From a virus (Duplodnaviria > Heunggongvirae > Uroviricota > Caudoviricetes), in the IMG/VR virus record IMGVR_UViG_2850808358_000005: 64,000 bases of DNA. The stretch is one strand, 5' to 3'. A program made the translations under genes and the position numbers. The notes under the pieces were generated by a model. The model saw nothing but the letters and a program-made list of their open reading frames with translations. It was not told the origin of the DNA and ran no database searches. Shown piece by piece: positions 1-10,942 of the stretch. Every line of letters begins with the position of its first letter. Position 1 is the stretch's first letter.

Positions 1-1821
1 AGCGGCGGCCTGATACGCCAGCGGGCTGTTCCAGTTTGAATAACCTTCTTTGCGCGCCATCGACTGCATCAATGCTCCCATAGTCCGGGGATCTGTAAGA
101 TTCAATATTGCATTCGGTGATACTCCCATCCATTTCGCAACATCCTGTGCATACTTTTTCGGATCGTTGTTATCACCTGCCGGGGCCCAGGTACTGACAA
201 TATCCTGAATAGTCTGTAATGCCCGTCCGGTTGTTTTCCCGGTAAAGTAACGCATGAGCTGGTTTTTCATCGCCTCCCAGCCCTCAAGAGCTGATTCGAA
301 AAACCGGAACCCTTTACCGCTCACCGGGCGAATATTCCCTGGATTGTTATTCCGATCGGCTAAAGTACGCTTCGTAGACTGCGCATGTTGTTCCGGCTCA
401 GCACCTGGAATATCTGACTGAATATTTGCGCCTTTTACGGTATGAGGATTACGACCAAAATCGGTATCAATGCCAAGCCAGCGCAATGAATCTCCAATAT
501 TTTGTTTCGTGTAATCCCAGGATGACTTCGCACTGGCACCAATATTTTCGCGATCAGAGTACAAATACGCAGCATAAGCCATCCAGCCTTTTAACCACGG
601 CGGGACCAGCAAACCTGATATTTTCCCGAAAGCCCCCAGAACCTTGGATACCCAGACACCCGCGATGAATGTACCGAGGATTTCCAGTGCATTTTGCCAG
701 CCGCCAACACCATCTTTTAGTTCCAGAAGGTGATCACGAAGCCAGGTGATCGCATCCTTCGCTTTATCTATTGCTGGTTGCCATTTTTCCCAGTCGATAA
801 GACTGTTACCGCCTTCTTTCCATGTTTTGTAGTCTTCCCACAAGAGACCGAGAGCCACGATCAGACCGGTAATCAGCCCTATAGGTGACATCCAGAAAGT
901 AGAGTTAAGTATCCGCATGGCGACAACCAGACCGCCGATAACCTCTATCAGGGTTTTCGTTTCGGCATCCAGTTTCCCCCACCACTCGATGATATCTCCG
1001 ACACCATCGACTATCCGGAATGCACCCCGCCCGACTATCTCACCCAGCCAGAGGATCCCCTTTATGACCTTTGTGATGGTGACTTCAATTTTGGGAAAAT
1101 TTTCAATTATCTTTTTGCGCAGGTTATCAATCTGCCCCGCCAGTCCGTCCGCAAGATTCGATCCGATTTTGTCCCGCGCCATCCCGGCCATTTCACCGAG
1201 CGATTTCAGCGAGGTCATAAACCGGTTTGACGATAAGGCAGCCTGATCGGCATTAAATCCGATCGCTTTCACCATTTCTGAATACTGAGCGCTGAACTGC
1301 CCCACTCCGCGACGCATAGCCATAAGGGTATTTTCGTCAATGCCCAGCATCTGCGCATACTGGTTAGCCCGGTAATACGGCATACCGCTGAGCTTCTGGC
1401 CTACACCAGTAAAAATAGCGGCCATGTCACGCATGTTACCGCTGGCATCACGGGTCTGTACGCCCAGGCGATTCAGAAAGCCTTCTGCACCGGGATTGTT
1501 ACGAATAAACCGGGAGAAGCTTTCCAGAGAAGATCGCGCAGCGTCCACGCTGCCGCCAACCTGCGAAACCGCATAGCCAATAGACTGAATTCCCTGGACT
1601 GTCGCGCCGGTGCGCTGTGACGCCCAGTAAAGATTATCCAGACCGGAGGCGATCTTAGCCGTGAAGGCCACCACGGACAGCGCAGCTCCTTCAACAGCCA
1701 GCCCCATTTTGATGACATTTGCAGTTGTACCGGCGAGGACAGAACCGAACTTTTTCGCTCCTGCATCATCCACACTGAAGCCAAGCGAGACGAGGAAATC
1801 TTTAATAGTCTCGGCGTTCAT
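1..1821 (-). CDS. phage tail tape measure protein, partial (start at 1821, runs off the left edge)
   Basis: Minus-strand translation from ATG 1819-1821 (MNAETIKDFLVSLGFSVDDAGAKKFGSVLAGTTANVIKMGLAVEG...) verified open for 67 codons and absent from the ORF track, consistent with no stop before position 1; Ala/Gly-rich; follows the chaperone gene. Confidence 0.5.
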   Translation of the reverse strand, partial: MNAETIKDFLVSLGFSVDDAGAKKFGSVLAGTTANVIKMGLAVEGAALSVVAFTAKIASGLDNLYWASQRTGATVQGIQSIGYAVSQVGGSVDAARSSLESFSRFIRNNPGAEGFLNRLGVQTRDASGNMRDMAAIFTGVGQKLSGMPYYRANQYAQMLGIDENTLMAMRRGVGQFSAQYSEMVKAIGFNADQAALSSNRFMTSLKSLGEMAGMARDKIGSNLADGLAGQIDNLRKKIIENFPKIEVTITKVIKGILWLGEIVGRGAFRIVDGVGDIIEWWGKLDAETKTLIEVIGGLVVAMRILNSTFWMSPIGLITGLIVALGLLWEDYKTWKEGGNSLIDWEKWQPAIDKAKDAITWLRDHLLELKDGVGGWQNALEILGTFIAGVWVSKVLGAFGKISGLLVPPWLKGWMAYAAYLYSDRENIGASAKSSWDYTKQNIGDSLRWLGIDTDFGRNPHTVKGANIQSDIPGAEPEQHAQSTKRTLADRNNNPGNIRPVSGKGFRFFESALEGWEAMKNQLMRYFTGKTTGRALQTIQDIVSTWAPAGDNNDPKKYAQDVAKWMGVSPNAILNLTDPRTMGALMQSMARKEGYSNWNSPLAYQAAA

Positions 1822-1998
1822 TATCCTCTCTCCATTTTTCTACCCGGACATCGTTGTCCTCGCACATATCAAGGTAGTCATTAAGAAGCGCGATGCGACA
1901 GAGATCTACCGCACCACTGTTAAGATCTTTCTGGTCAATATGGAAGGCAAGCGCCGGACGAAGAATAAAATCTTCACCACCCGGCAGGCTATTGAAGG

Positions 1999-2451
1999 TT
2001 ATTCCGCTGGCGGGATGGGCGTCTCTTTGGTAGGGTGTCCTTGCAAAAAATTTCCTAGCGAATCGGCGACCACCCGCGCCACCAGCTGCAGCATGACCAG
2101 CAGGTCAATATCATCAAACATCAGTTCGCCCTGGGTAAATACCGGCACCCATCCGTCCATATGACGCCGCGACACCACCGCAAGACAGGGATGAATAATT
2201 GCACTGGTGTCATCTTCGGTCAGGGAAGACAGTTCCTCAGCGATACGCGGGAGCATGGTTTCAAACACCGGTTTTAACTGCTCGAATTTCACGGTGTCTA
2301 TTTTGCCGTCAGCAGGCAAACGGGAGCGAATGCTCCCGAAATCTGACATCATTCCTGCCAGCACCGGCAGAAGTTTGCGGGTCACTTTCAGCTGGTCAAA
2401 AACGCTGAGTTTTGCCGCGCGATATTTCACGCCTTTGATTTCGAATTCCAT
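1999..2451 (-). CDS. phage tail assembly chaperone (putative)
   Basis: 150-aa ORF between tube-like and tape measure genes; position-based call. Confidence 0.4.
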   Translation of the reverse strand: MEFEIKGVKYRAAKLSVFDQLKVTRKLLPVLAGMMSDFGSIRSRLPADGKIDTVKFEQLKPVFETMLPRIAEELSSLTEDDTSAIIHPCLAVVSRRHMDGWVPVFTQGELMFDDIDLLVMLQLVARVVADSLGNFLQGHPTKETPIPPAE

Positions 2452-2454
2452 GTA

Positions 2455-2895
2455 TTAAAACTCCCCGAGAACCTGGTCAATCTTGCCGCAGTCAAGCACC
2501 CACGGCATCGTATTACCGGTTTTAGCGTTGGCGTTATCCGGTTGTTTCTGGAACGCAACACTGCGTGCCGTGATGATGTCGCCGCTGACCTTGTTTCGGA
2601 TCACAATAACGTTATTCCCCCATGTGGCAGAAGACTGGCTCTGTGCGTTATACGCCAGCGACAATTTTTTATTTGTCGGTGATGTCTTCAGAAGGTTAAC
2701 GGTAATCGTCCCGCTTTTATCTGCATGGAGACTGTGCATCACTTCGCCATCAGCACCGATGGTCATGGTGTTTTTAGGACCGCCCATCGCAACCACAATC
2801 CCCTCTTCAGAACTTGCCGAACCGTACCCGAGGTCAATCGAACCGGTCGGCCCGGTCAGCGTCGCAGTGACATCCATAAAAGAATAGGTAGACAT
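2455..2895 (-). CDS. phage tail tube-like protein (DUF3277-like)
   Basis: 146-aa ORF immediately downstream of the sheath-like gene; family assignment from memory. Confidence 0.4.
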   Translation of the reverse strand: MSTYSFMDVTATLTGPTGSIDLGYGSASSEEGIVVAMGGPKNTMTIGADGEVMHSLHADKSGTITVNLLKTSPTNKKLSLAYNAQSQSSATWGNNVIVIRNKVSGDIITARSVAFQKQPDNANAKTGNTMPWVLDCGKIDQVLGEF

Positions 2896-2905
2896 TCACT
2901 TCCCC

Positions 2906-4051
2906 TTAGCGAACAACGTTAATCTGTACGTCAGCGTAATGAACCGCGCCTGCAAGTTTTATTGCAGCCTGAATCACCGGAGCCTTACGGGCTTCACGTT
3001 CTGATTGTGCCTGTTCATCCAGCGGCTGGGCGTATACGTAATAACCTTTGGGCAGCGTGTCACCTGATGACAACTGACCAAGGTCGCCACCGTTCCATAC
3101 GCCCGGAGCAATCAGTCCATTCTGAACGGCCTGATCCAGTGATTTTTCAACACTTGATAACAGTCGGGTAATACCGGCTTCACTCTGGGGTACTTTCGTG
3201 GTGCTGGTATAAAGCAGGTTATAGAGGTTGGTCTGCACATAATTCTGTAACCAGTCCAGGCCGTGGCGTTCATCAAAGAAATCGCCGTTAGCCATCACTC
3301 CCTGCTGGAGGATAGCCGTATCATTCTGGTAGTACACGAATACATTGCAGTTTTTTGCATCAAGTGCCGATGCCTGGCTGACTGTCAGTGTTTCATACCC
3401 GACACCCGGCTCCTGCTTAAACTTGAGCGTAATCGCGGTATTACTGCCATTGAAATTAACCGTGAATGCCCGGCCAAATGCAGATAACGCAGCGTATTTA
3501 TTACCCGATGAATACTGAATAAAACTGCGTGAATATCCGGCGGTTTTCAGTTTTGATGCCAAATCATCGCTGGATGCAGTCTGCAGGCATTTCTCATCGC
3601 TTGTCGTAATCGCCAGAATACGGCTTACAGAAGAGGATTCGATCGCCGCAGCCACTTTCAGCCAGTCTGCATCCGGAATATCTGCATCGTCTGCAATCCC
3701 CAGCCCATACCATGAAGTATAATCAAGCATGGCATTCACAGCCTGCTCCAGCGTCTCAGGCGTGGCCTGTTCGCTGTCTCCCTTCGTTTTCACCCAACGA
3801 CCAACAAAAACCTCCTGAGGTTTCGGTGATTGTGAGAAAAACACCTGCGCAGCCTTATATTCTGGTGATTCCACGCCAAAATCTTTTCCAATATCTTCCG
3901 CAGCAGAATAACGGCGAATGCGCTCACTTACCGGAATGATTGTGGACGGGCCGAGAATGAGTAATGCACCAAAATTTCGCCCTGATGCTGCACGCGGCGA
4001 CATGATCACATCAACATTAACAACGTTTGATACAGGCAAGCCCTGTGCCAT
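2906..4051 (-). CDS. phage tail sheath-like protein (DUF3383-like)
   Basis: 381-aa ORF preceding tube, chaperone and tape measure genes; gene order typical of a tail module. Confidence 0.4.
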   Translation of the reverse strand: MAQGLPVSNVVNVDVIMSPRAASGRNFGALLILGPSTIIPVSERIRRYSAAEDIGKDFGVESPEYKAAQVFFSQSPKPQEVFVGRWVKTKGDSEQATPETLEQAVNAMLDYTSWYGLGIADDADIPDADWLKVAAAIESSSVSRILAITTSDEKCLQTASSDDLASKLKTAGYSRSFIQYSSGNKYAALSAFGRAFTVNFNGSNTAITLKFKQEPGVGYETLTVSQASALDAKNCNVFVYYQNDTAILQQGVMANGDFFDERHGLDWLQNYVQTNLYNLLYTSTTKVPQSEAGITRLLSSVEKSLDQAVQNGLIAPGVWNGGDLGQLSSGDTLPKGYYVYAQPLDEQAQSEREARKAPVIQAAIKLAGAVHYADVQINVVR

Positions 4052-4054
4052 AGC

Positions 4055-4618
4055 TTAATCTCCGAAAAAGATGACTGGTGCTTCCACCAGCGATTTAATA
4101 CCGTACTCGCGCACAACCTTCCGGCGCAGACGCACCGTCATATCGTAGCGGCGGACCCATTGCTGATTAATAAGTTCAGGGAAGGGAGTCAGACCTGTGT
4201 AATCGCCAAGAGACAGCCCCAGCGCATTCAGTGCTGCATTGTTCTGCGGCACAGATATACCGTCACGAAACCGGGACGCATACACCATCCCCGCCGGACC
4301 ATAAAACGAAGCCATACACTCAATCGTTTCATGCCGCCAGAGCTGAGAGCCATCATCGGTCTGTCTGGTGAATGCCGGACTGTCATCACCTGACCATCCG
4401 ATAACCCCAAACGCACACCAGCTCGTTTCAGCCGGTAGCAGTGGCGGCTGCTCTTTCTGCCAGCGCGGACGAACCATCCCGGCAGACAGACCGGAAACGT
4501 TACGCATCCACTGGCTTAACAGCCTGTCGAGCGCTTCGTCATAATCCGGATCGCCACTGGTTGGTATCAGCCATCCGCGCTCTGTGCTGGTGTTATTGCT
4601 CAACCGGAATTCCCCCAT
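4055..4618 (-). CDS. phage structural protein (head-tail joining region), hypothetical
   Basis: ORF in the co-directional structural operon; start placed at internal Met (MGEFRL...) to limit overlap with the upstream gene. Confidence 0.35.
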   Translation of the reverse strand: MGEFRLSNNTSTERGWLIPTSGDPDYDEALDRLLSQWMRNVSGLSAGMVRPRWQKEQPPLLPAETSWCAFGVIGWSGDDSPAFTRQTDDGSQLWRHETIECMASFYGPAGMVYASRFRDGISVPQNNAALNALGLSLGDYTGLTPFPELINQQWVRRYDMTVRLRRKVVREYGIKSLVEAPVIFFGD

Positions 4619-4982
4619 CAAACGGCAGCAACTCACAATGCGCCTGAACGAATCCGGCACCATACGCTGTATACGGGTCGACGAAAGTCACACGATAATC
4701 ACGGCCCTGATACGTCACGATATCGGCATCACGGCCAGTCTGTCCCTGCGTCAGTCGCTCAGTCGTCACAATCAGAATTGCACCACTGATTACCTGCCCG
4801 GCCTGCATACGACGGTTTTCCAGAGAGCGATCAACAGTAACGACTCCGGCAAACTGCTTTTTAACTTCGCTGTCGCTGCCGATCCCATCCTCATCCACCG
4901 TTTGCACACGGCGTGTTACCCACAAATTGAAGTCGCAAAAATCGGGGTCAAAAAGCACATCTGTTACATCAAGAGTCGGCAT
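4593..4982 (-). CDS. phage structural protein, hypothetical
   Basis: 129-aa ORF, tightly packed in the head-tail operon. Confidence 0.35.
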   Translation of the reverse strand: MPTLDVTDVLFDPDFCDFNLWVTRRVQTVDEDGIGSDSEVKKQFAGVVTVDRSLENRRMQAGQVISGAILIVTTERLTQGQTGRDADIVTYQGRDYRVTFVDPYTAYGAGFVQAHCELLPFDGGIPVEQ

Positions 4983-5523
4983 CTTTATCCCTCACAACAT
5001 GGGTAATAGCTCTGCGATATTGCCCGGTGTCAATTAATGGTTTCGCCAGATCGGTTCCGGGAGATTCGCCAGCAGCGCGCCGGGCAAGTTCCAGTGTTGC
5101 CCCCTTGCGCCCCCGACGAGCCCGGGCTTCAACAGTGCTGTCAGCAAGCGGCGTAAAGCCGGTAATGGTCATGTAACGCCTGACGCCATTAGCGGCCAGC
5201 GTTCCGGCACGGTTGAGTGCGCGTTCTGCTCCCGCAGCATTACCATCAAGTGCAGCCTGCGCCGCGGCTTTGAGCTGCGGCACCGTCTGCTCTTCTGCCG
5301 ATTTAACGCCGGGGACCAGGTGAGGTCGTGGCGGGATGTTCTGCTCTGGTGAGCCGTATTCGTTGAGGTAACCGATGCCCGCATTACCAAACGGAACATC
5401 ATCCCGCCCGCTGTCTTCCGAAGGGATGCCGACCAGCACATCTTTTTTGGTTAACGACCTGAGCGCATCCAGAATGGCCTTAGCGTTATCCACCCTCGTT
5501 GTTACACCGCTTTTGAAACTCAT
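4969..5523 (-). CDS. phage structural protein, hypothetical
   Basis: 184-aa ORF in the head-tail operon. Confidence 0.35.
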   Translation of the reverse strand: MSFKSGVTTRVDNAKAILDALRSLTKKDVLVGIPSEDSGRDDVPFGNAGIGYLNEYGSPEQNIPPRPHLVPGVKSAEEQTVPQLKAAAQAALDGNAAGAERALNRAGTLAANGVRRYMTITGFTPLADSTVEARARRGRKGATLELARRAAGESPGTDLAKPLIDTGQYRRAITHVVRDKDADS

Positions 5524-5927
5524 AGCTGGCGACCGCCTGCACCGAACATCGTGATCAACTGATAAAATTCAGCGCCATATCGGGTGTTATTCCAGAAACC
5601 TGCATCAGGATTCAGCGTCGCGCTGGTGTCATAACTGACGCTTACCTTATCCACGGACTTTGAGGACTGAACACCATTGGTTGAACCGCCCGGACCACCA
5701 GCCAGCATCGCCCGGCTGTCTGCCGCCCAGAGCGTCATGTAGTGCGCAACGAACAATCCGGCAAAGTACGGAAACAACTTTTTTTCGGTGACGTTTTCGC
5801 TCAGCAGTTCATCGGCCAGATTCAGACGAAACTGGATTTGCGCTTCGGGATATTTGGCAGGGTCAGCAAACTGCGGGAAGTCGCGGCGAAAATCACTTAC
5901 CGCTGGCAGACTTTGATTCTTTGGCAT
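5520..5927 (-). CDS. phage structural protein, hypothetical
   Basis: 135-aa ORF; 4-nt overlap with the downstream gene. Confidence 0.35.
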   Translation of the reverse strand: MPKNQSLPAVSDFRRDFPQFADPAKYPEAQIQFRLNLADELLSENVTEKKLFPYFAGLFVAHYMTLWAADSRAMLAGGPGGSTNGVQSSKSVDKVSVSYDTSATLNPDAGFWNNTRYGAEFYQLITMFGAGGRQL

Positions 5928-6114
5928 TTTTTACCTCGTTACGCGCGTCTGTGGCTTTGCCAACGGATACTTCCGCGTGCGCACGAGTGAACCAGTGCGT
6001 GGCAACGTCTTCCTCCACTGCATGACGGCCTTTAACAAACTCGCGCCGCGAACCGTCGGGAAGCGTGAGCACAAACGGGGTATGTACGTGTATTACTGCA
6101 TTATTTTTTGCCAT
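5893..6114 (-). CDS. small phage protein, hypothetical
   Basis: Internal Met ([10 protein letters not shown]...) of ORF 5893..6345, chosen so the gene starts after the capsid stop at 6155. Confidence 0.3.
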   Translation of the reverse strand: MAKNNAVIHVHTPFVLTLPDGSRREFVKGRHAVEEDVATHWFTRAHAEVSVGKATDARNEVKNAKESKSASGK

Positions 6115-6154
6115 CGGGTCATCCTTAATGGCCCCGCCAGGGGCCATGTGGCTG

Positions 6155-7096
6155 TTAAATGCCATCAACGTACGAAATGGTTTCTTTGTACACTGGCTCG
6201 ACTGCACCCAGCTTGCCGTAGTAAGTGACGATCTGATACAGACCGCGATACTGCACCGGCACGCTCTGAAGCGGAACCAGCGGGTAGCGGACGTATTTTT
6301 TATCGTTGGTGTACGCAACCATGCGATCCTTATTCCCCACACCACGGCCTTTCAGCCATTTAACCGCGCGGATATTCAGCGGAACACCGTTCTGGTGATA
6401 GCTGATGGTGTTGGTCTGAAGGTACGTCAACAGGGACTGGTTACCTGCAGATGAAACGATGATGCTGGACAACAGAGCAAACTGCTCAGGCGGGATCAGC
6501 AAATCACGCGGAACCACAGAGTAACCAGAAGCGGCCCACGCATCAGACAGCACCTGGTTAATGCTTGCGCGGATTTCGTCCGGTGTTGAGGTTGCCCACG
6601 TTTTGGCAGCGTTGTTGACAGGCACGCCGTCCAGGGTAACAAGGCCTTTCAGGTTTAATGCGGAATCGCCAACATATACCTGTTCATCGTTATCCATCTG
6701 CCATTTCAGTTGCATACCGTCATACTTCTGCGTATCAATCGGGCGGCCGACCTGCTGAGCAGCCTGCAATTCTATGACCGTCCAGCCAAGTTCCATCCCC
6801 CACAGGTTCAGCGGGTTACCGGATTTGCCGATATCCACGTTCACGCCAGCAATAGCGGTTGAGTCTTTGCCTACCCAGTTTTTTCCATTCGGATTTGCGC
6901 CAGTACCCGCAGCGGCGAAGCTGGTATTCGTCCAGCTGGAAATGTCATCTGCGATGGAGACGTCTTCACGCAGTTGAATATCGCGGCTCCAGGTGTACCC
7001 CACCAGTGGCAGGTTCAGCGTCTGGTCGAGTCGCTCCAGCTCCCCGATGAGAAAGGCACCAGAGCTGTCAACGGTTGCCTGATCAAAAGTAATCAT
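6155..7096 (-). CDS. phage major capsid protein (putative)
   Basis: 313-aa ORF following scaffold-like and accessory head genes; positional call. Confidence 0.45.
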   Translation of the reverse strand: MITFDQATVDSSGAFLIGELERLDQTLNLPLVGYTWSRDIQLREDVSIADDISSWTNTSFAAAGTGANPNGKNWVGKDSTAIAGVNVDIGKSGNPLNLWGMELGWTVIELQAAQQVGRPIDTQKYDGMQLKWQMDNDEQVYVGDSALNLKGLVTLDGVPVNNAAKTWATSTPDEIRASINQVLSDAWAASGYSVVPRDLLIPPEQFALLSSIIVSSAGNQSLLTYLQTNTISYHQNGVPLNIRAVKWLKGRGVGNKDRMVAYTNDKKYVRYPLVPLQSVPVQYRGLYQIVTYYGKLGAVEPVYKETISYVDGI

Positions 7097-7107
7097 TCGT
7101 CTGTTCC

Positions 7108-7614
7108 TTAAATCTTCCAGGAAATTTCTGCATTGCCGTCAGCATCACCGGCACCTGTGAATTCAGCGTTGGTCAGCACCACGTTTTTGCCACTGACTGA
7201 CGTGGACATGAATCCACCCAGCGGCACTTTGATGGATTCATCAGTGGAGACGACAACGTATACCGGATCGCCTTTTTTGATAGTGCTGGCATCAAAATCA
7301 GAACCGAGATTAACGGTCACGTAGCCACGCTTCATGGCGTCGCCCGGGAAGTTCTTGCCTGTTCCCACCTGGCGAACCATGTCCGGCTGCGACGTGGTCG
7401 GATAAGGGCGCACGTAGATCCCCTTCACCTTGTCTGCGGTATCACCATCTGCCAGCGGCACGAAAAAACCGTCATCATCGTATTTACCAGCCAGGCCATA
7501 GGCAGCGAAGGCGTTATCGGATTTAAGGACCACCGGTTCGACGGTTAAGTCCTGCGGGCGAGAGACAGCCCCGGCAATGCCAACAGGCATCCGGTACAGA
7601 AATACATTATTCAT
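7108..7614 (-). CDS. phage head accessory/decoration-like protein
   Basis: 168-aa ORF between scaffold-like and capsid genes. Confidence 0.35.
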   Translation of the reverse strand: MNNVFLYRMPVGIAGAVSRPQDLTVEPVVLKSDNAFAAYGLAGKYDDDGFFVPLADGDTADKVKGIYVRPYPTTSQPDMVRQVGTGKNFPGDAMKRGYVTVNLGSDFDASTIKKGDPVYVVVSTDESIKVPLGGFMSTSVSGKNVVLTNAEFTGAGDADGNAEISWKI

Positions 7615-7617
7615 TTT

Positions 7618-8838
7618 TTACCCTTTACGGTTTGCCCAGAATTCAGCGTTTTGTTTGTTCAGGGAAGCGATACTGGTCATGCCCATGTTTAGGCGCTGTG
7701 CATCGCCGGTGGTGGCGCGGGTGTTTCGCCCTTTGGCAACCTCAGACACGGCATTAAACGCCATGTCGACCGATTGTTTCGGTAATTTGCGGATATCCGC
7801 ATCACCGACTATCTGGCGAACCAGCGTTTTGTCAGCAGAAGCCAGAACCTCGCGTTTGAACGCGGTCGGTTTCATCTTACGGCTCAGATCGATACCCGGA
7901 ACGATAACTTCGGCACGCCAGGCTGAGTCACCAGTAATCGTGGTTTCCTCTTCATCGTCCTCGCCGTCACCGGTCGGATTATCGTCAGGCTTATTATCGT
8001 TATCGCCCGTGGCATTTCTTTCCAGCTTAGCCAGCAGGGCTTTCAGTAATGTTTTGAGGTCATCATCACTGTCGCCGGTTGGATCTCCGCCCATCTCTGG
8101 TGCTTTGTCCGGTAGTGGTTGCTGCGGGGACAGGTTGATGTTGAGATTAACGCCCTGCGGCAAATCCCCCTCATCTCCTGTAACCGATGCGGGAGCCGAC
8201 TCCACCAGTTCGTTCATGGTGTCGGCATCTCCTGTCTTGATGGCCGCACGCATGCGGTTCCACCAGTTTTTCTTTTGATTTGCCATTGTGTCTCTGTCTC
8301 CAATTGCACAACGATTTCCGGCTCTGCCTTTAGGGACAAGAGCCACATGGTTTCCGGTAATATCGACCTGCTCGGCTTTACCTGGCTCGGTCTGCTCGTA
8401 CTCCGCGTCATAGCCGCACGACACTTCGCGCAGGCCATCTTCGATAAGCTGAATGGCGCTTTCGTCTTTGACGATAAGGTCAGCCAGCATCAAATCAGAC
8501 TGCTCACCCGTCCCGCGCCGGACATTCTGGAGGTGCCCGACAGCAAGCTCTTTCCAGTTCTCGGGATTTACCAGCCGCACATTCCCGTTTTCATCTTCAG
8601 GATGCAGGATCGTGATGCTCATCCCTTCGAATGAGGCAAGCGTGGCCGGATGGAATACCTGCTCAGGAGAACGCGTGACGACTATTTCACCGAACTTATC
8701 GGGTTTCAGTTTTGGCAGGTCATCAGCACCATAGAGCTGCTTACCTGTTCGTCCTATCGGCACGTCTTTGCACAGCAACGAGCCGTCAGCCAGGCGGTAT
8801 CGGGTTTCCCCGAGCCTGGTCTCAAAAAAGTATTTCAT
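7618..8838 (-). CDS. phage head scaffold/maturation-like protein (DUF2213-like) with acidic low-complexity C-terminus
   Basis: 406-aa ORF after the head morphogenesis gene; D/E/G-rich repeats in the C-terminal half. Confidence 0.4.
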   Translation of the reverse strand: MKYFFETRLGETRYRLADGSLLCKDVPIGRTGKQLYGADDLPKLKPDKFGEIVVTRSPEQVFHPATLASFEGMSITILHPEDENGNVRLVNPENWKELAVGHLQNVRRGTGEQSDLMLADLIVKDESAIQLIEDGLREVSCGYDAEYEQTEPGKAEQVDITGNHVALVPKGRAGNRCAIGDRDTMANQKKNWWNRMRAAIKTGDADTMNELVESAPASVTGDEGDLPQGVNLNINLSPQQPLPDKAPEMGGDPTGDSDDDLKTLLKALLAKLERNATGDNDNKPDDNPTGDGEDDEEETTITGDSAWRAEVIVPGIDLSRKMKPTAFKREVLASADKTLVRQIVGDADIRKLPKQSVDMAFNAVSEVAKGRNTRATTGDAQRLNMGMTSIASLNKQNAEFWANRKG

Positions 8839-8841
8839 GGG

Positions 8842-9624
8842 TTATGCTGCCCTTTTCATTGCGAATGGAACGCGAACAAACACGATCTCTTTATAGCAGC
8901 GGCAGTTTGGCAGCTCGCCCGCGTGGCCGGTCATGCCGTCCAAAGTTGGAGGTGAATCCCAGCGGACGAATTTACCTTTCATGTGATCGTGGGAATCTCG
9001 GACATCGCCATCATCGGCTGTACGCCAAATATAACCATCCGAGCCAATAGCTATCGCTCGGGCCATATCCAGCGCGCCCGTTGCTCTTCCCAGTTCCGTT
9101 CGGGCAATCAGATCGGCCCTAGACTTAGCAACATCGCCGGTAGATGCAATCTCTTTAGCAAACTGCTCCGCCCGACCACCGGTGACAACAGCCTCTATCG
9201 CTTTGTTCTGGATGTCGTACACCCTGTCTGCGGCCTCGAGAGGCAGAGATTTGATGTACTTGACCTGTTCGGCGATGATGGATTGCATCACCTGGCCCAC
9301 AGGAGCGCTTTCCACAAGATTGCGGAGCTCGCGACTGATGTTCTTGCTGTGTTGCCGCCAAACTTTCTCGTTCTGCCGGGTTAGGTCCGCAGTAAAGTTT
9401 TCCGCGACCTTTGTCGCCCAGGGGGTGATGATTTCACTGTAACGCTCCAGCGCCGCAATAATTTCCGTGATACTGTCATTTGAACCATCGTAGCGACCAT
9501 TTACGATGTCTCCGACCGCCCTCGCTATCCTGCGTAGGCTGGTTCGATACCGGATTTCCGCCTGACGGCTCCTGCGGTTCGTCATCAGGTTCGCCGATGC
9601 CGGGCGGCGCTTCATCTTCGGCAT
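8842..9624 (-). CDS. phage head morphogenesis protein (Mu F / SPP1 gp7 family)
   Basis: C-terminal ...GHAGELPNCRCY... motif typical of the family; located after portal. Confidence 0.6.
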   Translation of the reverse strand: MPKMKRRPASANLMTNRRSRQAEIRYRTSLRRIARAVGDIVNGRYDGSNDSITEIIAALERYSEIITPWATKVAENFTADLTRQNEKVWRQHSKNISRELRNLVESAPVGQVMQSIIAEQVKYIKSLPLEAADRVYDIQNKAIEAVVTGGRAEQFAKEIASTGDVAKSRADLIARTELGRATGALDMARAIAIGSDGYIWRTADDGDVRDSHDHMKGKFVRWDSPPTLDGMTGHAGELPNCRCYKEIVFVRVPFAMKRAA

Positions 9625-10942
9625 TCTCGATGTCCTCGTCGGTAATGGATGCCCCGATGCCGGTTACGTCAGAATTTTCTCGCAAATCAGTCATAGCGGC
9701 TTTCAGTGTCATCAGACCATCACCCAGCGCCGTACTGATTGCGTTGGTGGTGTTTAACGCCACCGTTGAGCGATCGACATCAGACATTTGCCAGAGCGGG
9801 TTAAACTCAAACGTGAAATCGTCCGGCAGCGGCTTGCCAAGTTCCGAACGATGCATGATGTCCAGTATCCGCCGCACCGGAAGACGTAAACGCCTCTCCT
9901 GCAACGAACTGATGCGATCGTAATAGTTGGCAAGGTCTGCATCACCGGTAGAAAATCCTTTCGGGGACTGTCCGAACAACCGCACCAGTGGGATACCAAC
10001 AGCGCCACTAATCTGTTCTGCAAACTGCGAAAGGATGTCATCCAGACCACTGAAGCTGTACTGATGGGTTTCAAACTTATCCCGCGAGTCCATGAGCGTC
10101 ATGCCTTCATTACTCTGGAACTGTCGAATCAGGTCGATATTCTTCAGCAACGCTTCATACGCAGGACCACCAAGTGCGATAAGCTCGCGTAGCTTCTCCA
10201 CGCTGTAGGTACGCAAATGCGCCTTGTAGACCAGCTGCGCCGCGCCGACAGTAGCGCTGTCGAACGCGGTAAGACGATCCCAGATACGCTCTACAACCGA
10301 CATTCCCCATTCGTTCTCGGTCATCTTCTGCTGAAATGGCAACGTGACGCCATCAAAGCGAATCAGGCGACTGTGATGAATGCGCCAAGCAGGAATTCCC
10401 GTTGCTGTGGTCACCACATCGTAAAACTCAGGTTTACCCAGGTCCGGCCCCATATCTTTAATGCGGCGGGTCAGTGCCGGGTCGACCATCCAGCGGTCGA
10501 GCGGGAGAATCCCCTTAAACTTGCCCTTACCGATGGTTTCGGGTCGCAGCGGGGTCATTGGTGCCTGCCCCTCAATCATGATGAAACCCACCGCGCCGCC
10601 GTAGAGGCGCGACCATTTCAGCACGTCATTCAGCGCATCCCAGATTTGCAACTCATCCAGTTGTGATTCGAGAATGCCACGATCTTTTGCATCAATTTCC
10701 GAAGTGATGCGAATGCCTTTGCGGGTCATATCATCCGGGATAGCATCGACTGCTTCGCCGATGATCCAGGATGAACGATAGGACCATTCCACCAGCATGC
10801 GGTTACGACTGGTGAAATTAGCCCGGTAGGTGGATGCTGAGTGCTGGTTAGGTGTCTGCATCCCTACGCGGGCAATAAAATTCTCATAACCATCAGCTGT
10901 GGCCTGCACAGTTCGCCGCAGGGCTTGTTTGTTTCGTGCCAT
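9476..10942 (-). CDS. phage portal protein (DUF1073-type)
   Basis: 488-aa ORF directly downstream of terminase large subunit; acidic C-terminal tail. Confidence 0.6.
   Translation of the reverse strand: MARNKQALRRTVQATADGYENFIARVGMQTPNQHSASTYRANFTSRNRMLVEWSYRSSWIIGEAVDAIPDDMTRKGIRITSEIDAKDRGILESQLDELQIWDALNDVLKWSRLYGGAVGFIMIEGQAPMTPLRPETIGKGKFKGILPLDRWMVDPALTRRIKDMGPDLGKPEFYDVVTTATGIPAWRIHHSRLIRFDGVTLPFQQKMTENEWGMSVVERIWDRLTAFDSATVGAAQLVYKAHLRTYSVEKLRELIALGGPAYEALLKNIDLIRQFQSNEGMTLMDSRDKFETHQYSFSGLDDILSQFAEQISGAVGIPLVRLFGQSPKGFSTGDADLANYYDRISSLQERRLRLPVRRILDIMHRSELGKPLPDDFTFEFNPLWQMSDVDRSTVALNTTNAISTALGDGLMTLKAAMTDLRENSDVTGIGASITDEDIENAEDEAPPGIGEPDDEPQEPSGGNPVSNQPTQDSEGGRRHRKWSLRWFK

Noticed and set aside
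426-2164. Plus-strand ORFs 426..668, 917..1246 and 1661..2164 from the six-frame track
   Set aside because: They lie antisense to a long minus-strand reading frame (tape measure gene from 1821 to the window edge) and have no start context or coherent protein character.
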